Below, in pieces: positions 9,044 through 18,570 of a stretch of 30,917 nt of DNA. A program made the translations under genes and the position numbers. The stretch is from sequence record SRR31156797_4649; one strand, given 5' to 3'. How positions within the stretch are numbered: position 1 is the first letter of the stretch; each line of letters starts with the position of its first letter. The notes below the pieces were generated by a model that did not search any database, had not been told where the DNA came from, and saw only the letters and a list, made by a program, of their open reading frames with translations.

Positions 9044-9132
9044 CGTTCCAACATTTAGGTTATTAATGTATAAAATCAAATAAATATAGAATATAAAACC
9101 ATTTTCTCTTTATATAATAAAGTCTCAGAAAA

Positions 9133-10410
9133 ATGAAAAAACTACTAACTATCTTATCAATAATCGTAATTTCTCTTTTTCTATTATCCATGTTTGGATG
9201 GATGGTTAATCAAGTATCTAATAAGAATAAAAAATTTGGAATTTTGACAGAACCAATCAAATTTATGTATTCTTTCCCCGACCTATTTAAGAAATCAGTT
9301 AAAGAAGTGAAAGGGTTTCCCCAAACTTTTGTTCCTACACCAAAAGATTTTAAGCCAATAAATAAGTTAGAAAATGATCTTATAGTACTCACAGCCTACA
9401 CAAACAAAAGTAAAACAAGGGATATAGTACTGATGAATCTTAAAAATGATTCGATATTAAAAAAATGGGTCATTGATAAACCATTTAAGTACCATACCAG
9501 AATTAAGCACTCTATTCTACATCCTGATGGATCACTAATTTACATGCTTTTCAGTGCACCTCATAATGGGCTATACAAAATTGATTCAGCAGGGAATCAA
9601 ATATGGAGACAAACTGGATTAACATTTCATCATGCCTTAAATCTTGACAAAGATGGAAATATCTGGGCATGTACGATGAATCATCCATGGAAAACTACCG
9701 GAAAATATCTACTAGGAGATTTTTTCGTTTATTATGAAGATCATTCTATCACGAAAATTGACCACAAAACGGGCGAAATTTTATTTAATAAATCTCTAAC
9801 AGAACTCTTTAAAGAAAACGATCTGACCAATCAAGTTCTAAAATCTTCGAAACCAAAAGATCCATTCCATTTGAACGATATTCAACCTGCTTTAAAAACT
9901 ACACCTTATTACAAAAAAGATGACCTCTTTATCAGTTTAAGAAATCTCCATATGATATTGCACTACAGGCCCTCCACAAACGAACTTATAAATGTTCTTA
10001 CCGGGCCTTTTGTAAACCAGCATGACATTGACATATTAAATGACAATACGTTGGTAATGTTTAACAATAACACTTTTGTGGATGTAACACGAGACAAAAA
10101 CAATACTCCATTAGAAAACGAATTGGTGGACCTTGGTCATCTCTCTTCTAATATTGTCAGCTACAATTTCAAATCAAACAGCTATTCGGTCATTGGTGAG
10201 GAAATCTTCAAAAAAAATATCATCTATACTTATACTGAAGGATTGGTCGAGTTTATTGATCAAAATACCTATTTCGTAGAAGAGCAGAACACAGGAATAC
10301 TCTGGGTAATTAAAGATGATGAAGTAATCTACAAAAACGTATTTAAATCACAACACGAAGGACACCATCATTTACCAAACTGGACAAGAGTTATAAAAGA
10401 TTATAATTAA
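9133..10410 (+). CDS. Arylsulfotransferase (ASST / Arylsulfotran_2-like beta-propeller), N-terminally anchored and probably periplasmic
   Basis: 425 aa. MKK plus hydrophobic anchor. FHH, DPFHLND, ISLRN and QHD motifs match the His/His-Asn/Arg/His active-site set of PAPS-independent ASSTs. Confidence 0.8.
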   Translation: MKKLLTILSIIVISLFLLSMFGWMVNQVSNKNKKFGILTEPIKFMYSFPDLFKKSVKEVKGFPQTFVPTPKDFKPINKLENDLIVLTAYTNKSKTRDIVLMNLKNDSILKKWVIDKPFKYHTRIKHSILHPDGSLIYMLFSAPHNGLYKIDSAGNQIWRQTGLTFHHALNLDKDGNIWACTMNHPWKTTGKYLLGDFFVYYEDHSITKIDHKTGEILFNKSLTELFKENDLTNQVLKSSKPKDPFHLNDIQPALKTTPYYKKDDLFISLRNLHMILHYRPSTNELINVLTGPFVNQHDIDILNDNTLVMFNNNTFVDVTRDKNNTPLENELVDLGHLSSNIVSYNFKSNSYSVIGEEIFKKNIIYTYTEGLVEFIDQNTYFVEEQNTGILWVIKDDEVIYKNVFKSQHEGHHHLPNWTRVIKDYN

Positions 10411-10452
10411 TTTCAATCTTAAGTCAAGATTTATAAATATGGGGTTGATAAT

Positions 10453-10460
10453 TATTTTTG
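10453..10460 (+). promoter_or_regulatory. Possible -7 element (TATTTTTG) upstream of the sulfotransferase
   Basis: TAnnTTTG with TTTA 19 nt upstream, 59 nt before ATG 10520. Confidence 0.45.
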
Positions 10461-10519
10461 GTGAAAGTCTGTCAATTGAATTTGTTGACGATTAAATATT
10501 TATTAAAGGTAATAAGCAT

Positions 10520-11914
10520 ATGATCATTTATTACTCAATACTTGTTATTAGTTTTTTTATTATTGGTATAGTTTTACGCCTAAAAAGATTTATTTTTCAC
10601 AGGCTCGCAGAAAATAGTGTTGGGTTAGTCGATGGTTTAATTTCCCAAATTGAAGATGATGAGAAAATAAAATATGTGCAACAAAAAACCAATAGGTTAA
10701 TTACAGCTCTGTTCAAAATGTTTCTATTAATTATTATTGCTTTTGCCTTAGGAAGTATACCAATATTTATCTATGCAATATCAACAGGAACAACCTATCA
10801 GGAACTTGACTTCTCTTCATTTTATGCTATACTGTTCCTCTCGCTTGGCGCAACTTTGCCTTTCTTAATACCCATTGGTAAGAAAAAAACCTCGGAATAT
10901 TCTGAGCTATCGCAGCTATTGCACAGGATGGCACTCAATAATTACAATATCTCTTATCGTTTATTCAAGAGAGAACGTAAAAAACTTAGCAAAAAAGAAT
11001 TTAAAAAACGACCTGATTTTGTCATTATTTCAGGACTTGCCCGGGCAGGCACGACCAGTTTAATGAATGATTTATCAGAGGTTGATGGATTTGTATCACT
11101 CAATTATGCCAATATGCCCTTTCTAATGGCACCAAATACCTGGCGTAAGTTCTATAAACCAAAAACCGATAAGCTTAAGGAAAGAAGCCATAAAGATGGT
11201 ATTATGATTGGCTATAATTCCAACGAAGCACTGGAAGAGTATTTCTTTAAAGTAAAATCCCATGATAATTTTATCAAAACAGATTACTTAACAGAATACA
11301 CGGTTACAGAAGAGATATATAACGATTATATTGATTACCACAATATCATAAAACATGATGATAAAAGAACGTATCTGGCTAAAAACAACAACTTCATTTT
11401 ACGATACAATTCCATGCGGAACTTTAATGAGGAGTTTATAATGGTTCTAATGTTCCGTGACCCACTTACCCATGCGGCATCGCTAATGGAAAAACATATC
11501 GAATATCAAAAATTACAAAATGAAGACCCATTTGTACTTGAATACATGAATTGGCTTGGGCACCATGAATTTGGGTTAAACCAAAAACCGTTTGTTTTTA
11601 ATAACCATACGTATAACAATAAATTTGATAAAACCAGCTTAGACTATTGGCTGAAAAACTGGACTTATTACTATCAATACATACTAGAAATTGACCATTC
11701 CAACACGCTGTTGATTAATTATGATGATTATTGTGAAAAACCTGGATCTGTCATAGCGAAAGTATTACAAAAAATAAATATATCTGCTGACATACCTGAT
11801 TATAAAGCATTCATCAATTCGAGAAAAACAAGCTGGGAATTCGACATTAACCTTTATGAGGAGGCAAAGGAAGTTTATGCAAAACTTATTGAAAAGTCGA
11901 CTGAAATTCAATAA
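10520..11914 (+). CDS. PAPS-dependent sulfotransferase with three N-terminal TM segments
   Basis: 5'-PSB loop IISGLARAGTT, 3'-PB MFRDP, KNN and INYDD motifs. Hydrophobic segments at about aa 1-18, 62-86 and 100-117. Confidence 0.85.
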   Translation: MIIYYSILVISFFIIGIVLRLKRFIFHRLAENSVGLVDGLISQIEDDEKIKYVQQKTNRLITALFKMFLLIIIAFALGSIPIFIYAISTGTTYQELDFSSFYAILFLSLGATLPFLIPIGKKKTSEYSELSQLLHRMALNNYNISYRLFKRERKKLSKKEFKKRPDFVIISGLARAGTTSLMNDLSEVDGFVSLNYANMPFLMAPNTWRKFYKPKTDKLKERSHKDGIMIGYNSNEALEEYFFKVKSHDNFIKTDYLTEYTVTEEIYNDYIDYHNIIKHDDKRTYLAKNNNFILRYNSMRNFNEEFIMVLMFRDPLTHAASLMEKHIEYQKLQNEDPFVLEYMNWLGHHEFGLNQKPFVFNNHTYNNKFDKTSLDYWLKNWTYYYQYILEIDHSNTLLINYDDYCEKPGSVIAKVLQKINISADIPDYKAFINSRKTSWEFDINLYEEAKEVYAKLIEKSTEIQ

Positions 11915-12050
11915 TAATAAACTTATGTATAAGCATTTAGCACAAACTATAATCTTCAAATACTCAAGTTTCCAAAACTTTACTTAATTGTTTTAAATCT
12001 TAGAATATTATATATTAAAGAAAAAAATAATATCAGTAAAAATTGATTAT

Positions 12051-14387
12051 TTACTCTTTTAAACCCTTGAGTAGTTTAACATAAAAATTAGTTCCTGATT
12101 CAGACTCTTCAATACCTAATTCACCTTTATTAAGATGTACTAACTCATTGATAATTTGTAATCCCAATCCTGTTCCTTTTTCTCCATCTGTACCCTGCTT
12201 ATTCATATTTGGTTTGCCTGAAAGAATTTCGTGTAAAGTATCGGGTTTTAAGCCTACTCCTGAATCTTTTACATTTAGTTTAAGATAATTGCCAATTTGC
12301 TGAGTAGAAATAACAACATAACCCTCAGTAGGAGTGAATTTTATGGCGTTTGAAATTAAATTACGAACAATAGTATGAAGCATAGACTTATCAGCAATTA
12401 CCATTGTGTGTTTTTCTAGTTTATTCTCAAGCTTAATTGATTTAAAATTAGCATTATGAATAAAATGATTTACATTATACTCTACCACTTCGCATAAATC
12501 AATTGTTTCAGAGTGAGTTTTAAGAACCTGGGTTTGAGAACGAGACCATGCAAGTAAGTTTTCAAGCAACTCAGTTAATGTAGTGGATGATTGGTAAATA
12601 GCATTAATGTATTTTTTATTTCTTGAGTTAAAATTAGGATCCATATTTTGCTCAAGCAAATAGACAAATCCATTAATATTATTCAATGGGTTTCTTAAAT
12701 CATGTCCAATAATAGACAACAATCTATTTTTAGTATAATTTAGTTTTTCTAATTGTGCCTTTTTATCTTTTAACTCTATTTCGGCCATTTTTCGTTCATG
12801 AATATCCTGAGCAAAAACCAAATCAGCTGGTACTCCCTGCCAATCTATTTTAACCGCATTAATTATAGCCCATCTATATTCACCATTTTTAGTTAATATT
12901 CGAACATCATAGGCTGGAATTAACTCTCCTTTTAATCTTTCCTCATAATTTTTCTTAACAAACGCACGGTCATCAGGATGAACAATTTCATAAAAAGATA
13001 ACCTATTCTCCTCTTTATATTTATAACCAGAAAATTTCTCAACTGCCTCATTGGCAAATAGCACATAACCATCTTTTGCAACAAAAACTCCTTCAGAAGT
13101 ATTTTCCAGAACTGTTCTATATTGATAATTACTGTGTTCTAATTCTTTTTCAGCTTCTTTTTGGGCAGTAATATCTCTAAAAAAAGCAAGTGTACCTATA
13201 ACTTCACCTTTATTATTGATATTTGGAATTGCATGAACAAAAAGATTTACTTCATCTCCATCTGGTCTTAAAATGTCTAATTCATAACCTGAAGTCTCTC
13301 CTTTTGAACGTTTTTTTGTTTCTTCAAGAACCAACTTCTTTTGCGATTTGCTTAAAAAACTCTTTAAAGATTTTCCAATTAATTCGCCTTCTGACACACC
13401 AAAAATACTTTCTGCTGCACGATTTGCAAAAGTAAAATTCTCATCTTTATCACTTATCGCTACACCATCCAGTTGATTTTCGATAAGTAACTTATACTTA
13501 TCTTCACTTTCAGCAAATGCTTTTTGGGTATCCTTTAAATCCTGAATATCAATGACAACACCTACACTATATAAAACCTCCCCAACTTCATCTCTAACTA
13601 CATTTGAAGACAAATTCACCCAAAAAACCTCTCCGTTTTTCTTAATATATCTTTTATCAATATTATATTCATCGAGCTTTCCTGCAAAGATCTTTTTAAT
13701 ATATTCTTTCTCCTCCACAAGCTCCTCATCATAAGAAAAATCTGTAATTTTTAATTCCAAAACTTCATTTACACTATAGCCTAACATATCAGCAAATTTC
13801 TGATTCGCTTCTATAACCTCATATTTGCTGTTAGCGATGGCTATTCCGGCACTGGACTGCGTAAAAATACTTTTAAAAAGCTCTTCACTTTTATGCAGCT
13901 CATCTATTGCATTCTTCTTTTCCCCAATATCCCTTGCAATTACCTGGCATCCTATCAGCTCATCATTTTCGTTGCAAACAGGAATATAATCAGCTTCATA
14001 CCATGATTTTCCATACTTGGTTTGATTCAACTCTTCATATTTAATTAACCTTTTTTCAGATAATGCTTTTTGCATTCTGGCATAAAAAAGATCAGCTTGC
14101 TTTTTCTCAAATACATCCCAAACTGATTTGCCAATTAGTTCATCAGGTGAAAGACCAACCTCATCTGAGGCAATTTTATTGTAAGCAACAATATCTCCAT
14201 TAGGCTTGTAAAATGCCACATAAAAATTTGTATTTCTAAAAACCAACTCATAATCAACGCGCAATGCTTCAAGTTCTGCATCGTTAGCTTTAACAATATA
14301 ATCACGTGATTCAATTTGGCGCAATCGAAACTCTAATTCCGCCACCCTTTTTTGCAGGTCATCGTAGGTTGGTTTGTCTTTAAGCAT
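12051..14387 (-). CDS. Cytoplasmic multi-PAS sensor histidine kinase
   Basis: About four PAS/PAC repeats ending RDIG, IDIQ, RDIT and QDIH. H-box IGHDLRNP, N-box NLISNAIKFT, DSGVG, GTGLGL. No TM segment. Confidence 0.93.
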   Translation of the reverse strand: MLKDKPTYDDLQKRVAELEFRLRQIESRDYIVKANDAELEALRVDYELVFRNTNFYVAFYKPNGDIVAYNKIASDEVGLSPDELIGKSVWDVFEKKQADLFYARMQKALSEKRLIKYEELNQTKYGKSWYEADYIPVCNENDELIGCQVIARDIGEKKNAIDELHKSEELFKSIFTQSSAGIAIANSKYEVIEANQKFADMLGYSVNEVLELKITDFSYDEELVEEKEYIKKIFAGKLDEYNIDKRYIKKNGEVFWVNLSSNVVRDEVGEVLYSVGVVIDIQDLKDTQKAFAESEDKYKLLIENQLDGVAISDKDENFTFANRAAESIFGVSEGELIGKSLKSFLSKSQKKLVLEETKKRSKGETSGYELDILRPDGDEVNLFVHAIPNINNKGEVIGTLAFFRDITAQKEAEKELEHSNYQYRTVLENTSEGVFVAKDGYVLFANEAVEKFSGYKYKEENRLSFYEIVHPDDRAFVKKNYEERLKGELIPAYDVRILTKNGEYRWAIINAVKIDWQGVPADLVFAQDIHERKMAEIELKDKKAQLEKLNYTKNRLLSIIGHDLRNPLNNINGFVYLLEQNMDPNFNSRNKKYINAIYQSSTTLTELLENLLAWSRSQTQVLKTHSETIDLCEVVEYNVNHFIHNANFKSIKLENKLEKHTMVIADKSMLHTIVRNLISNAIKFTPTEGYVVISTQQIGNYLKLNVKDSGVGLKPDTLHEILSGKPNMNKQGTDGEKGTGLGLQIINELVHLNKGELGIEESESGTNFYVKLLKGLKE

Positions 14388-14550
14388 TCTTTAATTAACC
14401 TTATTTTTAAGGCATTTGGTTCAAAAAAAATCAGTTTGTAATATATCCATAAAATACATATGAAACAACCGTATTTTAACCTGCTATTTACCATTTTCCA
14501 CTTTTAGTTTTTTAACTATGAGGCAATTATTAAAGTTTTATTATTTTCAT

Positions 14551-14574
14551 AAAAAAGAGCGCCGAAGCGCTCTT
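14551..14574 (-). terminator. Rho-independent terminator after groES
   Basis: Minus strand reads AAGAGCGC-TTCG-GCGCTCTT-TTTT: a perfect 8-bp stem, cUUCGg tetraloop and U tract. Confidence 0.9.
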
Positions 14575-14663
14575 CAATTACTCAACCAATGATGTGGAAA
14601 TATAATGTCAATTTATTGTTCAACCATTAAAAAAATCAATCTGACTTGAACTGAAATCAGAAG

Positions 14664-14948
14664 TTAAATAGATTCTGTTTCTATTATTTTGCCAAGAATA
14701 TCAGCGTAAGGAATCATCAGATATTTCTTACCTTCAAAATCTAATTCCTCACCACTTCGCAGTTTAAACATCACAGTTTCGCCCACAGCGATTTCCGGAT
14801 TTTCAATCTGACTAATAGCAGCTACAACTCCCGTATTATCTTGTTCTTTAGCAGAATCAGGAATAATAATACCACTTGCGGTTTTTTGCTTTTCCTGTTC
14901 TTTTAATGCTACTAAAACGTGTTGATTGATTGGTTGTAATTCTTTCAT
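14664..14948 (-). CDS. groES: Co-chaperonin GroES (stand-alone)
   Basis: 94 aa. LQPINQHV, mobile loop KTASGIIIPDSAKE, G.VVA, DILG. Confidence 0.88.
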   Translation of the reverse strand: MKELQPINQHVLVALKEQEKQKTASGIIIPDSAKEQDNTGVVAAISQIENPEIAVGETVMFKLRSGEELDFEGKKYLMIPYADILGKIIETESI

Positions 14949-14971
14949 ATAACTTTTAATTTAATGGTTAA

Positions 14972-15538
14972 TTATTCAATATTGAGTAACTGATTTATTT
15001 TATTTCTGTCGAATCCCATCACTACCTGTCCATCAATTAGGGTCTGAGGCACACCTTGCTGTCCACTTCTTTTTACCATTTCCTCAGCTGCTTGTTGATC
15101 TTTTGATACATCAATTTCAGTAAACTGCACATTTTTATCGTTCAAGTAGGATTTTAAACTTGTACAATACGTACATGTTGGAGTTGTGTACATTATTACA
15201 GAACTACCACCTCCGGCTGAAGCACTTCCGAAAGAAGTAAAACGCTCGCCAGAGAATAATATCCGGTAAAAACTTTCATTCTGACAACCTTTTACTTGTT
15301 GAATGGCTTTCCCGTTTGATATCTTTAATAAAGTTGGCGCACTGGTTACACTCAAAGCTTTGTGTACCTCTTTTGTTTCATTTACATCAGCAATATAAAT
15401 TGCCGTATCAAGCTTGGCAGTTGCCTTTTGCAAGTTTTTAAGAGCACAATTACTTTGCTCACTATCAGATTTATAGATGAAAATATAATATTCTGAACCT
15501 GAATTCTTAATGTCTTGTAAACTACTTATTTTTTTCAT
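14972..15538 (-). CDS. Thioredoxin-fold plus glutaredoxin (NrdH-like) fusion
   Basis: C-terminal domain YTTPTCTYC, IDVSKD, SGQQGVPQ, GFD. N-terminal Trx-like domain (DV, VTSAPTL) lacks CxxC. Confidence 0.85.
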   Translation of the reverse strand: MKKISSLQDIKNSGSEYYIFIYKSDSEQSNCALKNLQKATAKLDTAIYIADVNETKEVHKALSVTSAPTLLKISNGKAIQQVKGCQNESFYRILFSGERFTSFGSASAGGGSSVIMYTTPTCTYCTSLKSYLNDKNVQFTEIDVSKDQQAAEEMVKRSGQQGVPQTLIDGQVVMGFDRNKINQLLNIE

Positions 15539-15625
15539 AACTTAAATATTCATATTGACATATCCATATAATCCAATATCATACCAAATAAATCAAAATG
15601 TCAACATGTCAGAAAGCAAATAAGT

Positions 15626-16147
15626 TTAGCCCATAAGCAATTTTATAAACTCGGGAACATACACGTGTAAATCGTTTGGATTACGACTCGACACTAAATT
15701 ATCATCTACTACCACAGGTTCATCCATCCAACTAGCCCCGGCATTTCTCATATCGTCTTTGATAGCAGGCGTGCTTGTAACTTTTTTACCCTGAAGAATA
15801 TTGGCCGAGATCAATACCCAACCGGCATGACATATCTGACCAATTGGTTTTTTTGCCTCATTCATTTGCTGAATAAAATGCAACACATAGCTATATCTAC
15901 GTAATTTGTCCGGAGCAAATCCGCCGGGAACCAAGACACCATCAAAGTCTTCAACCTGAAGATCAGAGTAGGCCATGTCGGCAGTTGCTTTCACTCCATA
16001 TTTACCCGTATACTCTTTACCAGCCTCTTCGCCGACAATCATCACCTCAATATTCTCTTCACGTAATCTTATTATTGGATACCATAATTCAAGGTCCTCG
16101 AATATTTCATGAACCAGGGTTACAACTCTAATTTTATTGGGTTCCAT
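15626..16147 (-). CDS. pfpI: PfpI/DJ-1 family (type 1 glutamine amidotransferase-like) protease/deglycase
   Basis: FEDLELWYP, VPGGFAPD, ICHAG nucleophile elbow, VVDDNLVSSR.P.DL. Confidence 0.92.
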   Translation of the reverse strand: MEPNKIRVVTLVHEIFEDLELWYPIIRLREENIEVMIVGEEAGKEYTGKYGVKATADMAYSDLQVEDFDGVLVPGGFAPDKLRRYSYVLHFIQQMNEAKKPIGQICHAGWVLISANILQGKKVTSTPAIKDDMRNAGASWMDEPVVVDDNLVSSRNPNDLHVYVPEFIKLLMG

Positions 16148-16152
16148 GTCTT

Positions 16153-16161
16153 CCTCCTTTT
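16153..16161 (-). promoter_or_regulatory. Canonical Shine-Dalgarno site for pfpI
   Basis: AAAAGGAGG, 5-nt spacer, then ATG at 16147. Confidence 0.7.
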
Positions 16162-16166
16162 AAAAA

Positions 16167-16592
16167 TTAATAAACACAAGGGATAATTCTATATGTTTTA
16201 AAAAACTCAACTTCATATTCTTCAAAATGTGTACTAAGATGCTTCTCCTCAAAATTCATTTTAAACAAGAGCACTATCACTATACCTAAAAAATATAATC
16301 CGAACATCCAATTAGGATTATCAATAAAATAGGATAGCGCAAACAGTATAACTGAAGTATACATAGGATGCCTCAAATACCTGTAGGGCCCACTCCGTAT
16401 AATAGTAGATCCATCTCTTAAATAAGGAAATACGTTAATTTTAGTATGTCGAAATACATATATTGACCATAGTCCAAGAACAACTGAAAGAATTAGAATA
16501 ACCTGCCCTAAAATAGATTGAGGTAAAAACGGCGGTGTAAAAATGATTAGCCCTATTCCTGCAAATTGTAAAAATGTATAAATGTATCCCAT
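16167..16592 (-). CDS. Isoprenylcysteine carboxyl methyltransferase / PEMT-family membrane protein
   Basis: GPYRYLRHPMY, EEKHL, RIIP..Y motifs and several TM helices. Confidence 0.88.
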   Translation of the reverse strand: MGYIYTFLQFAGIGLIIFTPPFLPQSILGQVILILSVVLGLWSIYVFRHTKINVFPYLRDGSTIIRSGPYRYLRHPMYTSVILFALSYFIDNPNWMFGLYFLGIVIVLLFKMNFEEKHLSTHFEEYEVEFFKTYRIIPCVY

Positions 16593-16653
16593 ACTTTTTA
16601 TGGTATGACATTTATAGTCTCAAATTGTTTGTGAAGCCAATAGAATAAAAAAA

Positions 16654-18465
16654 CTATTTAATTTTAATTCCAAAGATTGTAATGTCATCAAGCTGCTCCT
16701 CATCGCCCCTCCAATTTTGATATTCATCAATAAGAAATTCTTTCTGTTTACTCATAGCTTTTTCAGAAATGTTATGCAATAAATCAAAGAATCTTCTGGA
16801 CTGATATTTTCGACCCTTTTCACCACCAAACTGATCTTTATAACCATCAGAAAAAAGATATATTTTATCGCCTGGCACTACATCATAGGATTCGGCATTA
16901 AATTCTCTTTCACTCATATAATAACCAATTGGATTGTAAACAGGTTTCAATAGTTTAAATTCTCCATTAGAAATAAGTAAGGCACTTAAATTTGCACCGG
17001 CATAATGTAATTTGTAATCATTCTTATCATACACGCATACAGCCATATCCATACCATCATGATGTCGCGATTCACTAAATACAGACTTGAACTGAACCCT
17101 CAATTTTTCCAAAATACGATTTGGTTTAGATAAATCTGTTGTAGCTATTACTTCTTGCAATAATTTAACTCCTAACATTGTTAAAAAACCACCTGGAACA
17201 CCATGGCCTGTACAATCTGCAACCGCAAAAATGGATAAGTCATCAGTCTCTTTGTAATAATAAAAATCACCTGAAACAATATCCTTAGGTTTAAAAATTA
17301 CAAAGTTCTCATAGTGCTCGTTAATATTATCGCTAATTCTCAGTACAGCTTCCTGAATTATTCGCGCATACTCAATACTATCCATCATATTTTGATGGGT
17401 TTCTTCAATGCGTTGGTTTTTAACCGCAACCTCCTCAAGTACAGCCTTTAACTCATCAGCATAGTCCTGTAATTCTCGCTGATTTTCATCCAATTCCAGA
17501 TTTTTTCGCTTAAGTTCATCATTAAACTGTGACTGAAGTTCATTTTTTTCAATGAGCGTTTTAGCTTGCTCATTCATCATATCCTCTTGTTGTTTTCTGG
17601 CAGTGATATCTACTAAAAATATTAGTATTGCAGGCTTTCCATCCCATAATAAAAATACAGCATTGATTTCGATCCAAATAACCTCGCCATTTCTCTTTAC
17701 TACCCGGAAAGAATACTTAGTTGGCACCTCCTCACCACGCATTCTTTTGGCATAATTATTCATCACAAATTCTTTGTCTTGATGATAAATAATTTTTTCA
17801 AACTTCGATTCAAAAAGCTCCTTTTGACTATAACCTAAGACGTCATACGTAGCAGGATTGGCATATTTGATGCGTTGGTCCTGAAGAATAAAGATAGCCT
17901 CAACACTATTATTTAGAATACTATCAAGTTTATATTTGCTTTCAAGAACTTCTCTCTCGGCAATTTTACGCTTGGTTACATCCATCATAATAGAAAATGA
18001 TTGCAATGGTTCTCCATTTTGATCATATGAAACTTCTGAGGATATTAAAACAACAATTACTTCACCATTCTTTTTAATCATTTCCGCCTCAAACTCACTT
18101 AAGTAACCATTCTTGAGCAATTCATTATATTTTTCCCTATACCTCTCACGCAAATTACCAGCAAAAAAGTTTTCAGACTTCTTTCCCAATACCTCTTCCT
18201 CTGTATAGCCTAAAATTTTTAACCAAAAATTATTTACAAATAATAATTTTCCTTCCAGATCAATGCTATGCATCATTATAGGGGAATTATCAAATAGCTT
18301 CTTGAATATTGCATCGCCCTTCGTGCAAATATCCTTACTTAATTGCCGATTGCGCTTAATAATGAGTAACGAAAAAACAATTAAAATCAATACGAAAATG
18401 GCCAATAAAGAAATTACTAGCAAATCATTTCTATGCAACCAATCTATTTTAGTTAATATGAGCAT
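16654..18465 (-). CDS. Membrane-anchored PAS-PAS / coiled-coil / SpoIIE (PP2C, RsbU-like) phosphatase
   Basis: N-terminal TM and two PAS/PAC domains. PKDIVSGDFY, ADCTGHGVPG, DGMD, FSDGYKDQFGG, QLDDIT motifs. Confidence 0.92.
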   Translation of the reverse strand: MLILTKIDWLHRNDLLVISLLAIFVLILIVFSLLIIKRNRQLSKDICTKGDAIFKKLFDNSPIMMHSIDLEGKLLFVNNFWLKILGYTEEEVLGKKSENFFAGNLRERYREKYNELLKNGYLSEFEAEMIKKNGEVIVVLISSEVSYDQNGEPLQSFSIMMDVTKRKIAEREVLESKYKLDSILNNSVEAIFILQDQRIKYANPATYDVLGYSQKELFESKFEKIIYHQDKEFVMNNYAKRMRGEEVPTKYSFRVVKRNGEVIWIEINAVFLLWDGKPAILIFLVDITARKQQEDMMNEQAKTLIEKNELQSQFNDELKRKNLELDENQRELQDYADELKAVLEEVAVKNQRIEETHQNMMDSIEYARIIQEAVLRISDNINEHYENFVIFKPKDIVSGDFYYYKETDDLSIFAVADCTGHGVPGGFLTMLGVKLLQEVIATTDLSKPNRILEKLRVQFKSVFSESRHHDGMDMAVCVYDKNDYKLHYAGANLSALLISNGEFKLLKPVYNPIGYYMSEREFNAESYDVVPGDKIYLFSDGYKDQFGGEKGRKYQSRRFFDLLHNISEKAMSKQKEFLIDEYQNWRGDEEQLDDITIFGIKIK

Positions 18466-18570
18466 TTGTATAAATGCAGAGTGTAATATTCAATGGTTAA
18501 AAATTCCTCTAAGATAATCCAACGTGTTTAAAATGATATTATTCTACATAACCAACACGATAATTACACT

